In this document: positions 39,900 through 48,115 of the stretch, in pieces | Layout of the letters: every line of letters begins with the position of its first letter | How positions within the stretch are numbered: the stretch's first letter is position 1 | The notes under the pieces: generated by a model | What the model was told of the DNA's origin: nothing | The model's input: only the letters and a program-made list of their open reading frames with translations | The model's database searches: none | Program-made: the position numbers and the translations under genes | Source of the DNA: an uncultured Algimonas sp. | Lineage (GTDB): Bacteria; Pseudomonadota; Alphaproteobacteria; Caulobacterales; Maricaulaceae | Assembly: GCA_964607395.1 (NCBI GenBank) | Contig: CAZSKH010000001.1 | Coordinates: forward strand, 30 to 64,029 | Reading direction: 5' to 3' | DNA length: 64,000 bases

Positions 39900-41603
39900 A
39901 TGACACCACAAGATAAGAATTGGCATTCGGATATTGAAGCGCCTCTAAAGCTTGAGTCTTCAGAGGATGTAAGCTGGTCCTCAGAAGCTGATGTAGTGGT
40001 CGTTGGCCTTGGCGGCGCAGGCGTGACAGCAGCATTGCAATCCATTGAGAACGGCTTATCTGTCATTGCCATTGACCGCTTTGAAGGCGGCGGCGCGACC
40101 AAGGCGAGTGGCGGCGTGATTTATGCGGGCGGCGGCACAGCGACCCAAACTGAGGCGGGCGTTGAAGATACACCAGACAACATGTTCAGCTATCTGAAGC
40201 TCGAAACAGATGGTATCATCTCAGATGAAACTTTGCGAGATTTTTGCAAGAAAAGCGCCCCGACCATTGATTGGATAAAGTCTCATGGCGTGGATTTGCG
40301 CGGGACATTATGGCCCCATAAAACTTCTTATCCCGCCCCGCAATATTTCCTCTATCACAGTGATAATAGCTTGGTTCCAAGTTACAAAAAACATGCCGCC
40401 CCTGCTGCGCGCGGACATCGTGGCTATGTGCCGATTAAACAAGGCGCGAAGGCGACTAACCTCGGCGGCTCTATCTTTGATCCGCTAAGAGCTAGCGCAG
40501 AGGCGAAAGGGTTAAAGGTCTTGCCCTATACCGAAGTCCGCCAACTGGTGACCGACGCGGCAGGAAAAGTCATTGGCATTAAGGCTTTACGATTTACTAA
40601 TAATGAAACGCTTGAGAGCTATAAGAACCTACGAGCCAAAGCGAATAAGCTCTTCGCTATGTTCCCACCTATAATCCCGGGGTCGAAATTCTTTTTCAAA
40701 AAAGCCATGGGACATTTGGACAAAGCCAAAGCCCTGGCCGAGTCTCGAGAAGAGATATTCATTCGCGCCAATAAAGGCGTTGTCCTCTCTGCGGGCGGAT
40801 TTGTGTTTAACTCCAAAATGCTCGCCCATTACGCGCCGAAATATACAGCCGGCTATCCGCTGGGTACAGATGGCGATAATGGTGCGGGCATTCGCCTCGG
40901 CCAATCTGTCGGCGGTATCGCGGAGAATATGAACCGCATCACAGCATGGCGCTTTATCAATCCGCCAATTTCATTTGCGCGCGGTATGATTGTCAATGAA
41001 AGCGGACAACGCTTTATCAATGAAATGGTATACGGCGCAACGCTGGGTGTTGAGATGACAGAAAATCATAATGGACGTGGCTGGATGATTTTGGATAAGA
41101 CCCTCGTCAGGCAAGCTTTGCGTGATGTGAAGGGCGATAAAGCCTTGTCGTTCCAGCGAGCCTTAGCCAAATTAAATGTTTATTTCGGGGCCAAGAAAGC
41201 GAAATCGGCCAAAGGGTTAGCAGAGTTTATTGGCGTGGACGGCACGAATCTCGAAGCACAATTATCCGCATATAATAAAATGGCGCGCGGCGAATTAGCT
41301 GATCCATTTGAAAAGACACAGGACGACATAGCAGAGATAAATCCCGACAATATTATTGGCATAGAGATCAGCCTAAGCGCCAAACTTTTCCCCTGTCCAA
41401 CTCTGACATTAGGCGGGCTTAAAGTCGATGAAAGCACGGGCAATGTTTTAAATGCAAAAGACAAAGCCATTGGCGGACTTTATGCGGCAGGACGCAATGC
41501 AATTGGTGTCGCCTCTTGGAATTATGTCAGCGGATTATCTATTGCGGATTGCGTCTATTCCGGCCGACGCGCCGCGCAAGCAATGTCGTCTTCCGTTGCT
41601 TAA
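39900..41603 (+). CDS. tesI: FAD-dependent 3-ketosteroid delta4-dehydrogenase (TesI/Kst4D-like)
   Basis: DVVVVGLGGAG, GGAT..SGGVIYAGGGT, TLGGLKVD, YVSGLSIADC.YSGRRA. Confidence 0.72.
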   Translation: MTPQDKNWHSDIEAPLKLESSEDVSWSSEADVVVVGLGGAGVTAALQSIENGLSVIAIDRFEGGGATKASGGVIYAGGGTATQTEAGVEDTPDNMFSYLKLETDGIISDETLRDFCKKSAPTIDWIKSHGVDLRGTLWPHKTSYPAPQYFLYHSDNSLVPSYKKHAAPAARGHRGYVPIKQGAKATNLGGSIFDPLRASAEAKGLKVLPYTEVRQLVTDAAGKVIGIKALRFTNNETLESYKNLRAKANKLFAMFPPIIPGSKFFFKKAMGHLDKAKALAESREEIFIRANKGVVLSAGGFVFNSKMLAHYAPKYTAGYPLGTDGDNGAGIRLGQSVGGIAENMNRITAWRFINPPISFARGMIVNESGQRFINEMVYGATLGVEMTENHNGRGWMILDKTLVRQALRDVKGDKALSFQRALAKLNVYFGAKKAKSAKGLAEFIGVDGTNLEAQLSAYNKMARGELADPFEKTQDDIAEINPDNIIGIEISLSAKLFPCPTLTLGGLKVDESTGNVLNAKDKAIGGLYAAGRNAIGVASWNYVSGLSIADCVYSGRRAAQAMSSSVA

Positions 41604-42559
41604 CTTTTGCTATCTCGCACAATCCGGAATCCAATATGGGACGTGCCGAAAATTAAATCTTGCGGTTGACGCGCCGCAGGACGATAACGGTAACAATAAG
41701 AGCGCGCACATAGAAATGAGCCGCCTTTTATCACGCCGACAGGAATCTTACCCTGAGCAGGATCATAGCCATTGGGGTATATCTTCGCAGCCTCACCCGG
41801 CTGATGACTCGGGTAATAAGATGAAGATGTCCATTCCCAGACATTGCCAACCATATCGTAAAGTCCAAAGCCATTGGCGGGATAGCTCCCGATAGGCGCA
41901 ATCCCTGCGTGGCCATCATCTTCGGAATTTAGAACTGGGAAGACACCCTGCCATGTATTGGCTTTGTCCTCGAGCGCAGCCTCTTCGGCCTCCGCCCAGC
42001 TCATTAGCTCGCCGTTCAAGCCACCCCGCGCAGCATATTCCCATTCGGCTTCGGTCGGTAGGCGGCCACCTGCCCATTTGGCGTAAGCCTCTGCGTCCTC
42101 ACGCGTGATGTGAACAACTGGCGCCGCCGCTTCATAGCCGCCCTTGTCAGGACCAAGAGGCTTCTGCCAATTCGCCCTGTCAATAAGACTCCACCAATTC
42201 AAGCTCTTAGGGTTTTTAGGCGGCACGAAGACAGCAGAACTTGGCGCCATATCAACGCCAGGCCCAGCCGCGTCACCCGCTTTCCAACCTAGCTCTGCAC
42301 GTGTCTTATGACCTGTAGCTTTTACAAAAGTGGCAAATTCAGCGTTGGTGATTTCATGGGACCAGATTTGAAAAGGCTCAAGACAAACTTCAGTGACGGG
42401 ACCTTCTTCGCGATAAATGCGGGTTTCGCCCATATCGAAACAGCCGCCGGGAAGAGAGCCCCATCCAGCTTTCGTGTTTGAGTTATGTTGCGAAGGTTTG
42501 TTTTCGCCCTGACAAGCGACCAGAACCAGACAAGATATGATTAAAAGAAAAGAGCGCAT
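41600..42559 (-). CDS. Formylglycine-generating enzyme (SUMF1/FGE family) lipoprotein
   Basis: RLPTEAEWEYAARGG, NGFGLYDMVGNVWEW, KGGSFLCARSYCYRYRPAAR with the catalytic Cys pair; LVAC lipobox. Confidence 0.88.
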   Translation of the reverse strand: MRSFLLIISCLVLVACQGENKPSQHNSNTKAGWGSLPGGCFDMGETRIYREEGPVTEVCLEPFQIWSHEITNAEFATFVKATGHKTRAELGWKAGDAAGPGVDMAPSSAVFVPPKNPKSLNWWSLIDRANWQKPLGPDKGGYEAAAPVVHITREDAEAYAKWAGGRLPTEAEWEYAARGGLNGELMSWAEAEEAALEDKANTWQGVFPVLNSEDDGHAGIAPIGSYPANGFGLYDMVGNVWEWTSSSYYPSHQPGEAAKIYPNGYDPAQGKIPVGVIKGGSFLCARSYCYRYRPAARQPQDLIFGTSHIGFRIVRDSKS

Positions 42560-42571
42560 CGCGTCTGCAAG

Positions 42572-43750
42572 CTATACGTATTGACGAATATAGTCACCGT
42601 ATTTCGTCGTGATTGTCTCGTGGGTCAATCCAAAATCCTGCAAGCTATACTTATGGGCAGCGCGATGTTCACGGCGATTGGCTTCAATCCAATTTTCCAT
42701 ACCCGCTTTTATCTCGGAGCTCATCGGGATACCTGCAGCGGATAGCACTCTCATGCCTTCTTCACTTGGGGCCGTGAGCAGGCTTTTATAGTTCACATCG
42801 ATGAACCTATCAGCATCCACACTGGCGCGTACATGCATGAAATTACCAAGCCACTCTTTAAGGCGGGACATCCAATAGGTTCCAATTTCGGCTTTGGAAA
42901 TATCAGTTGATCCCATTTTATAAAGGCTCGCTTCCATGCTACAATAAGACGGTATTGTCGCAACAGGATCGCGATGCGTCATAACAATTTTGGCCTTAGG
43001 AAATACATCCAATACTGTTTGCAATCCCATTAAATGACCTGGCGTTTTCAGAACCCAGCTTTTCCCTTTTCGCGATGGGTCCTGCCATTGCAGGGATTGC
43101 AGAATTTGGATGAGATCTTCATAAGCTCTACGCGGATTTTGCTGTGACAACCACGCGGCATAATCAGGCACGAAATAGGTACTCTCAATCATCGAACTGG
43201 AAAAGAGCTGCCCCAATATAATGACCTCTTCATCTGGCTGCTCAACATCCATCGGGTGGATTGACATCAATTCGGGAATAGCCTTGAGCATATAAGCGAG
43301 CACGCCCTTTGCCGCCTCAAGCCTTGGCTCAGGATCCCCGCGCAGTTCTCCGTCAAGCGGGACATAATTTTGCGCTTCATACCAGCGCACGCCTGTGAGG
43401 TTAGGCGCCGCGGCGAGCATGCGGTGAAGCATGGTGCTCCCCGTGCGCGGCAAACCCGTTAGCACGGCCGTAACATTGACCTCTTCCTCCAAAATTTCGG
43501 GGTTATCTTTAATAAGCTGCACATGCTGCAATCGTTTTATGAGTGCGGAGACAATCATATGCTGCGCGCCGTAGACCCCTTCAGGACTAAGTTTAGCTTG
43601 GCCGCTTAATGACGGAATAAGCGCATCAATATTGGCGAAAAACCATTTATCGCTAAAATCGCTTAGCCCTGTTTGCTCACAAGCTTGCGCAACTAAACTT
43701 TCTCTATCAGGAATCACCAACAACACCTTTGCGTTTTTATTCTTCTGCAT
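42572..43750 (-). CDS. Sulfotransferase family protein (Rv3529c-like)
   Basis: GLPRTGST, WVLKTPGH, THRDPVATIPS; the true start may be a few codons downstream. Confidence 0.85.
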   Translation of the reverse strand: MQKNKNAKVLLVIPDRESLVAQACEQTGLSDFSDKWFFANIDALIPSLSGQAKLSPEGVYGAQHMIVSALIKRLQHVQLIKDNPEILEEEVNVTAVLTGLPRTGSTMLHRMLAAAPNLTGVRWYEAQNYVPLDGELRGDPEPRLEAAKGVLAYMLKAIPELMSIHPMDVEQPDEEVIILGQLFSSSMIESTYFVPDYAAWLSQQNPRRAYEDLIQILQSLQWQDPSRKGKSWVLKTPGHLMGLQTVLDVFPKAKIVMTHRDPVATIPSYCSMEASLYKMGSTDISKAEIGTYWMSRLKEWLGNFMHVRASVDADRFIDVNYKSLLTAPSEEGMRVLSAAGIPMSSEIKAGMENWIEANRREHRAAHKYSLQDFGLTHETITTKYGDYIRQYV

Positions 43751-43821
43751 TACTACGCATTCAAAGAAAATTTGAAAGATTTTATTTCAAATTCGTAAAA
43801 GACTACGTTAAAGATTACGCA
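43730..43821. promoter_or_regulatory. Candidate operator array 5: TGCGTT(43730)-TACGCA(43754)-TTCGTA(43792)-TACGCA(43816)
   Basis: Spacing 24/38/24 bp; extra TACGTT at 43804. Confidence 0.7.
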
Positions 43822-44603
43822 TGTTACTCAAAGATAAAGTTATCATCATTAGCGGCGTGGGCCCTGGCATGGGGCAAAGCATGGCGAAAATCGCCGCCGC
43901 CGAAGGGGCGAAAGTTGGGCTTGGTGCGCGCAATCAAAATTTTCTTGATGCCGTCGCGAAAGAGATAAAAGGCGCAGGCGGACAATGCCTTGCGCTTTCA
44001 ACTGACGTCACCGATACGGCCCAGTGTGTAGCTCTCGCCAATGCGGTGTCCGAAGAATTTGGCAGCATAGATGGCCTCGTCAACAGCGCCTATAATCACG
44101 GGGCATGGGCGACAGCGGATGTAGCAGATGCCGAAGAATGGGCCGCCATTTATGATGTAAATTGCCTGGGTGCACTCCGCATGGGGCAAGCTGTATTACC
44201 TGCAATGAAAGAACAAGGCGGCGGCGCAATTGTCAATGTCTCGACTATGGCCACGGTCAATCCCTTCCCGGGCGAAGCCGCCTACGCCGCGAGTAAAGGC
44301 GGGCTTGGCGTTTTGACAAAACATATGGCCAAAGATTTCGGCGGCTTTGGCGTGCGCGTTAATGCCTGCCGCATGGGATGGATAGGCGGCGCGCCTGTTA
44401 TGGGCTATATCGACGCCCAAGTCGCGGCGGGCCGTTCGCACGAAGACGTCGTCGGTGAGATCACAGACCGCATTCCGCTCGGCATTATTCCACCCGAGGA
44501 AGACTGCGCCAAAGCCGTGCTCTATTTCGTCTCCGACTATGCCAATGTCGTCTCCGGCGCGACGCTTGATGTGAATGGCGGTCAATATATGGCGCCCGGT
44601 TAG
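43821..44603 (+). CDS. SDR oxidoreductase (Rv3530c-like)
   Basis: Distinctive SGVGPG.G glycine motif, YAASK, GWIGG, TLDVNGGQY. Confidence 0.85.
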   Translation: MLLKDKVIIISGVGPGMGQSMAKIAAAEGAKVGLGARNQNFLDAVAKEIKGAGGQCLALSTDVTDTAQCVALANAVSEEFGSIDGLVNSAYNHGAWATADVADAEEWAAIYDVNCLGALRMGQAVLPAMKEQGGGAIVNVSTMATVNPFPGEAAYAASKGGLGVLTKHMAKDFGGFGVRVNACRMGWIGGAPVMGYIDAQVAAGRSHEDVVGEITDRIPLGIIPPEEDCAKAVLYFVSDYANVVSGATLDVNGGQYMAPG

Positions 44604-45664
44604 TGAGCGAGGCAGCTGAACTCTGGTCAAAATTTTGCCGTGAGTTAGAGGCGGCAGGACAGCAAGTTCTGTCCTCCGATTTACAAACAACCGAGACAGA
44701 AAGCGCCGAAGGCGTGCGCTACCTCACGCGGCTTTTGCGGGTCGGTCTAGAGATGCATCTCGAACATCGTGACCCCGCCTTTCCAAGCTTTTACCAAGCG
44801 TCTCATGCCACAGCGAAAATCGGGTCAGACAACCCTGATAATTATTATCAAAATGCGACTATATCAGGAGCCCATCGTTACCGCATAAGCGGGCAGCGCG
44901 GAACCGTTCCTATCCTCAGTTTCGGGACGAAAGCCAATCGATATGCCATAGATGGCTCAATGGCCTCGACGGGCGAACTGGATATTCGGGATGTGGACGT
45001 TGCCGTAGATGGCAGTTTCGAGATTATCGTCAGCCGAAAAAAAGCCGAAGGCGACTGGCTTCCTCTTGCTGAAGACTCCAGTATTTTAATCGTGCGCCAA
45101 ACCTTTTTTGACCGTACGACTGAAATCCCCGCAACGGTTGAAATCGAAGCGATTAACGTATCCAAAACCCCGCCTGCTCTTGATATGAACATTCTAGGTA
45201 ACGCCCTCACCCGCGTCTCCGCTTTTGTAAACGGCACTTCTACTATTTTCAAAAATTGGGCGGAAGTTTTCCGTGCGGAAAACCGTAATGCTTTAAACAC
45301 AGTTGACCAATCCATATTCATCAAAGCGGGCGGCGACCCGATGATTTACTATCTTCATGGTTGGTGGGAGTTAAAAGAAGGGCAAGCCCTGCGTATCACA
45401 AGCTCTATCCCAGACTGCGAAGGGTGGAATTTTCAAATCAATAATATCTGGATGGAAAGCCTCGATTATCGCCATCACAGCATTCATACGAATAATGGCC
45501 TCGCTGACTTAAATGAGAATGGTAGCGTTACCGTGACTGTTTCGGCCAAACACCAATCCGGTAATTGGATTGACACGGCAGGACATAACAAGGGGACTAT
45601 GCTTTGGCGCTGGACGGGCGCGACTGACCATCCCATTCCGACTGTGGAGATTATCAATGTCTAA
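44603..45664 (+). CDS. DUF1214 domain protein (Rv3531c-like)
   Basis: EGVRYLTRL, GSDNPDNYY, YRISGQRG, WMESLDY, NWIDTAGH..G.M.WRW. Confidence 0.75.
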   Translation: MSEAAELWSKFCRELEAAGQQVLSSDLQTTETESAEGVRYLTRLLRVGLEMHLEHRDPAFPSFYQASHATAKIGSDNPDNYYQNATISGAHRYRISGQRGTVPILSFGTKANRYAIDGSMASTGELDIRDVDVAVDGSFEIIVSRKKAEGDWLPLAEDSSILIVRQTFFDRTTEIPATVEIEAINVSKTPPALDMNILGNALTRVSAFVNGTSTIFKNWAEVFRAENRNALNTVDQSIFIKAGGDPMIYYLHGWWELKEGQALRITSSIPDCEGWNFQINNIWMESLDYRHHSIHTNNGLADLNENGSVTVTVSAKHQSGNWIDTAGHNKGTMLWRWTGATDHPIPTVEIINV

Positions 45665-46127
45665 CCTCGTAGCCCGCATCGCTAAGCTCGAATCGGAGAG
45701 CGAAATCCGTAAATTGAAAGCGCGGTACTTAAACGCCTGTGACGCTAAGGATGTCGCGGCTATTCGCGCCTGTTTTACTGAAGATGCCGAAATCGAGTTT
45801 CCACCGCTTGGCAGTTTTGATCTCGATGGCCTGATGGGTATCTTCAATCAAATGGCCGCAACAACGCCTATCGTCGATGTCCATCACGGCCACAATGGCG
45901 AGATAGAAATTGATGGCGACACCGCGAGCGGACGCTGGAACCTCGGCTTTGCAACTTATGATCCGCGCGAAAGAAGCTTTCGAATGCTCGCCAGTTTTTA
46001 CGAAGACCGCTACCGCAAGACGGATGACGGCTGGCGCATTATCTATACTAAATCCACGCCGCGTACCATTGTGGACGGCACATTGGCGGAGAACACACCG
46101 ACCGCCAAATGGATGATGGAAAATTAA
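45657..46127 (+). CDS. SnoaL-like/NTF2 (BaiE-like) protein
   Basis: EIRKLKARY..ACD.KD, HHGHNGEI, YEDRY...DGWRI; ATG at 45657. Confidence 0.8.
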   Translation: MSNLVARIAKLESESEIRKLKARYLNACDAKDVAAIRACFTEDAEIEFPPLGSFDLDGLMGIFNQMAATTPIVDVHHGHNGEIEIDGDTASGRWNLGFATYDPRERSFRMLASFYEDRYRKTDDGWRIIYTKSTPRTIVDGTLAENTPTAKWMMEN

Positions 46128-46139
46128 GGAGAGACTAAA

Positions 46140-46634
46140 ATGTTTAAAGAAAATGACCCCCTTACAGCTTTAGATCCAGACGCTATTGTCGTCTCCGAAA
46201 CGTTTAGCATTAACGCCCCTGCTTCTCTCGTATGGGACATCCTTTTGGACATGCCTAATTACCCAAACTGGAATCCCTTTTGCGTGGAATGTGAAAGTAC
46301 GCTGGAAATGGGCGCGGCGGTGAAGATGAAACTGAAAAGCTATGTGAATTGCGAACCTGAATTTTTCGAAAACACGGAATATATCTGCGCTTTTGAGCCT
46401 GAAAAACAAATCAGTTGGGCGTTGCCCCATTATGACGCTTGGCCTTATCCCGCACGGCGCGACCAGTATATCAAAGCTACAGGACAAAACTCTTGCGAAT
46501 ATTACTCAACAGATGAATTTCGCGGGCCAAACGGCATTCATGTCATGCGCTTTGCGGGACCATGGGTTAAGCAAGCCTTTGATGAAACGGCCCATGCATT
46601 AAAAGCTCGCGCGGAAAAACTCCACAAAGGCTAA
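46140..46634 (+). CDS. SRPBCC/START-like lipid-binding protein
   Basis: INAPASLVWDIL.D...YP.WNPF...ALKARAE; AGGAG RBS. Confidence 0.8.
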   Translation: MFKENDPLTALDPDAIVVSETFSINAPASLVWDILLDMPNYPNWNPFCVECESTLEMGAAVKMKLKSYVNCEPEFFENTEYICAFEPEKQISWALPHYDAWPYPARRDQYIKATGQNSCEYYSTDEFRGPNGIHVMRFAGPWVKQAFDETAHALKARAEKLHKG

Positions 46635-47080
46635 GGGTCAACCGCTTCAAAATCCACCGGCACATTGTGAAAATAACTGACCTCTTCGCGGCGATGCGTA
46701 ATCCGCCAACCTGCTTCTATGCGTTTTAACTCATCACGATACCACACACCGACAAAGAAAGTGTGCGGCTGCCCGTCCCGCTCAACCACCATTGGGTTGA
46801 AGGCAATTGTGCGCGCGGTCGCTGTATCTCCAGTGAGCTTAATCACTGGCAGGCCTAGCATATGCTGCATGCCCGTAAACTGCTCCAAAGCCCGCTTAAG
46901 ATAGGCTTTTGTCTCTGTGAGGTTCCCGCGGGCGCCGCCCGCCGCCGTATAATCTACAATCGCGTCTGATGCAAAAATATCATCTAGCGCTTCAAAATCT
47001 TGAGCATCAATCGCGTCGCAATAGCGTGCCAATAAGTCTTGAATTTCAAGTCGATCCGACATCTCCTGCTGGTTGAGCAT
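46631..47080 (-). CDS. SnoaL-like/NTF2 family protein
   Basis: SDRLEIQDLLARY..AID, WYRDEL.R...GWRI. Confidence 0.82.
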   Translation of the reverse strand: MLNQQEMSDRLEIQDLLARYCDAIDAQDFEALDDIFASDAIVDYTAAGGARGNLTETKAYLKRALEQFTGMQHMLGLPVIKLTGDTATARTIAFNPMVVERDGQPHTFFVGVWYRDELKRIEAGWRITHRREEVSYFHNVPVDFEAVDP

Positions 47081-47577
47081 TATTCAGCCGTAGCTTCATA
47101 TTTAGCGATGGGCGTCATGATTTTGGCAACGCGGTTATCATATTTTACAACATCCACAACGACAGACGTTTCAACGAGGCGTACACCTTTAAGGTCAAGA
47201 ATTTTGTTGCTTGCCACCTGATGGACGGCGGAGAGCCCCTCGAAAAGACCAATCGCCAAAATATCAAAGCGGCCCAATAGAATAATCACGGCATTAATTT
47301 CCGGCAGTTCTGCGACCTTAGCGGCGACCTCTTTAATCATATTCTGCTCCGCATGGATGCCTATATAGGCAAGCTGCGGGGTGTCCAGATGGGACATATT
47401 TGTGACTGCCGTAAAGCGGATATAATTTTCGTCTTCCAGACGTTTTACGCGAGAACGTATCGTGCCCTCGGTAAAACCAAGTTGAGACGCGATTTTTCGG
47501 TTCGACAGCCGCGCATCATCAGATAAAAGCTGAATAATCTGCTGGTCTAATTCATCTATTTTATAATCACGCATCAA
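47080..47577 (-). CDS. Lrp/AsnC family transcriptional regulator
   Basis: IDELDQQIIQLL..DARLSNRKIA..LG.TEGTIRSRVKRL HTH; RAM domain LGRFD. Confidence 0.9.
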   Translation of the reverse strand: MMRDYKIDELDQQIIQLLSDDARLSNRKIASQLGFTEGTIRSRVKRLEDENYIRFTAVTNMSHLDTPQLAYIGIHAEQNMIKEVAAKVAELPEINAVIILLGRFDILAIGLFEGLSAVHQVASNKILDLKGVRLVETSVVVDVVKYDNRVAKIMTPIAKYEATAE

Positions 47578-47583
47578 CAGCTC

Positions 47584-48048
47584 CTAAATCGGGGCCACAT
47601 CAAAATCATATTTAATGATATCAACAGCAAAGCTAGGATCGAGGCTGCGTACCCCTTTGATTTGGGACAGCTTACTCAGCAGAAATTCAGACATCTTATC
47701 CATGCTTGAAAGGGTCACAAGGATTTCAATATCATGCTTTCCAGTGACGAGCTGCACTGAGGCGACCTCCTCAAGTTTTGCAATATCAGCGGCGACATCA
47801 TTGGCACGGCGGCCTTTCACATCGACGCCAATCGGCAAGAGTACATTATAGTCAAAGGCTGCAAAGTCAGACACCGCGACAACTTTCATCGCTTTGGCTT
47901 GCTCCATGCGGCGAATGCGGGTCGCAATCATAGAGGTAGTCACGCCAAGCTCATCAGCGATCTTCTGATTGCTCGTGCGACCATCTTTTTTCAGGATAGC
48001 GATAATAGAATTATCCAAATCACTAAACTGGAAACTACTTTCAGCCAT
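47584..48048 (-). CDS. Lrp/AsnC family transcriptional regulator
   Basis: LDNSII..LKKDGRTSNQKIADELGV...IATRIRRM HTH; RAM domain VTGKHD. Confidence 0.9.
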   Translation of the reverse strand: MAESSFQFSDLDNSIIAILKKDGRTSNQKIADELGVTTSMIATRIRRMEQAKAMKVVAVSDFAAFDYNVLLPIGVDVKGRRANDVAADIAKLEEVASVQLVTGKHDIEILVTLSSMDKMSEFLLSKLSQIKGVRSLDPSFAVDIIKYDFDVAPI

Positions 48049-48115
48049 GTCTATCCTTTACATTTATAGCAATGCCGTAATTTGAATCGTTCACTGCCGC
48101 AACCATATAGCGAAA

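Noticed and set aside
48074-48101. GCCGTA...GCCGCA upstream of the Lrp pair as an eighth operator
   Set aside because: Two mismatches per box and 22-bp spacing; it does not fit the 24/39 geometry.
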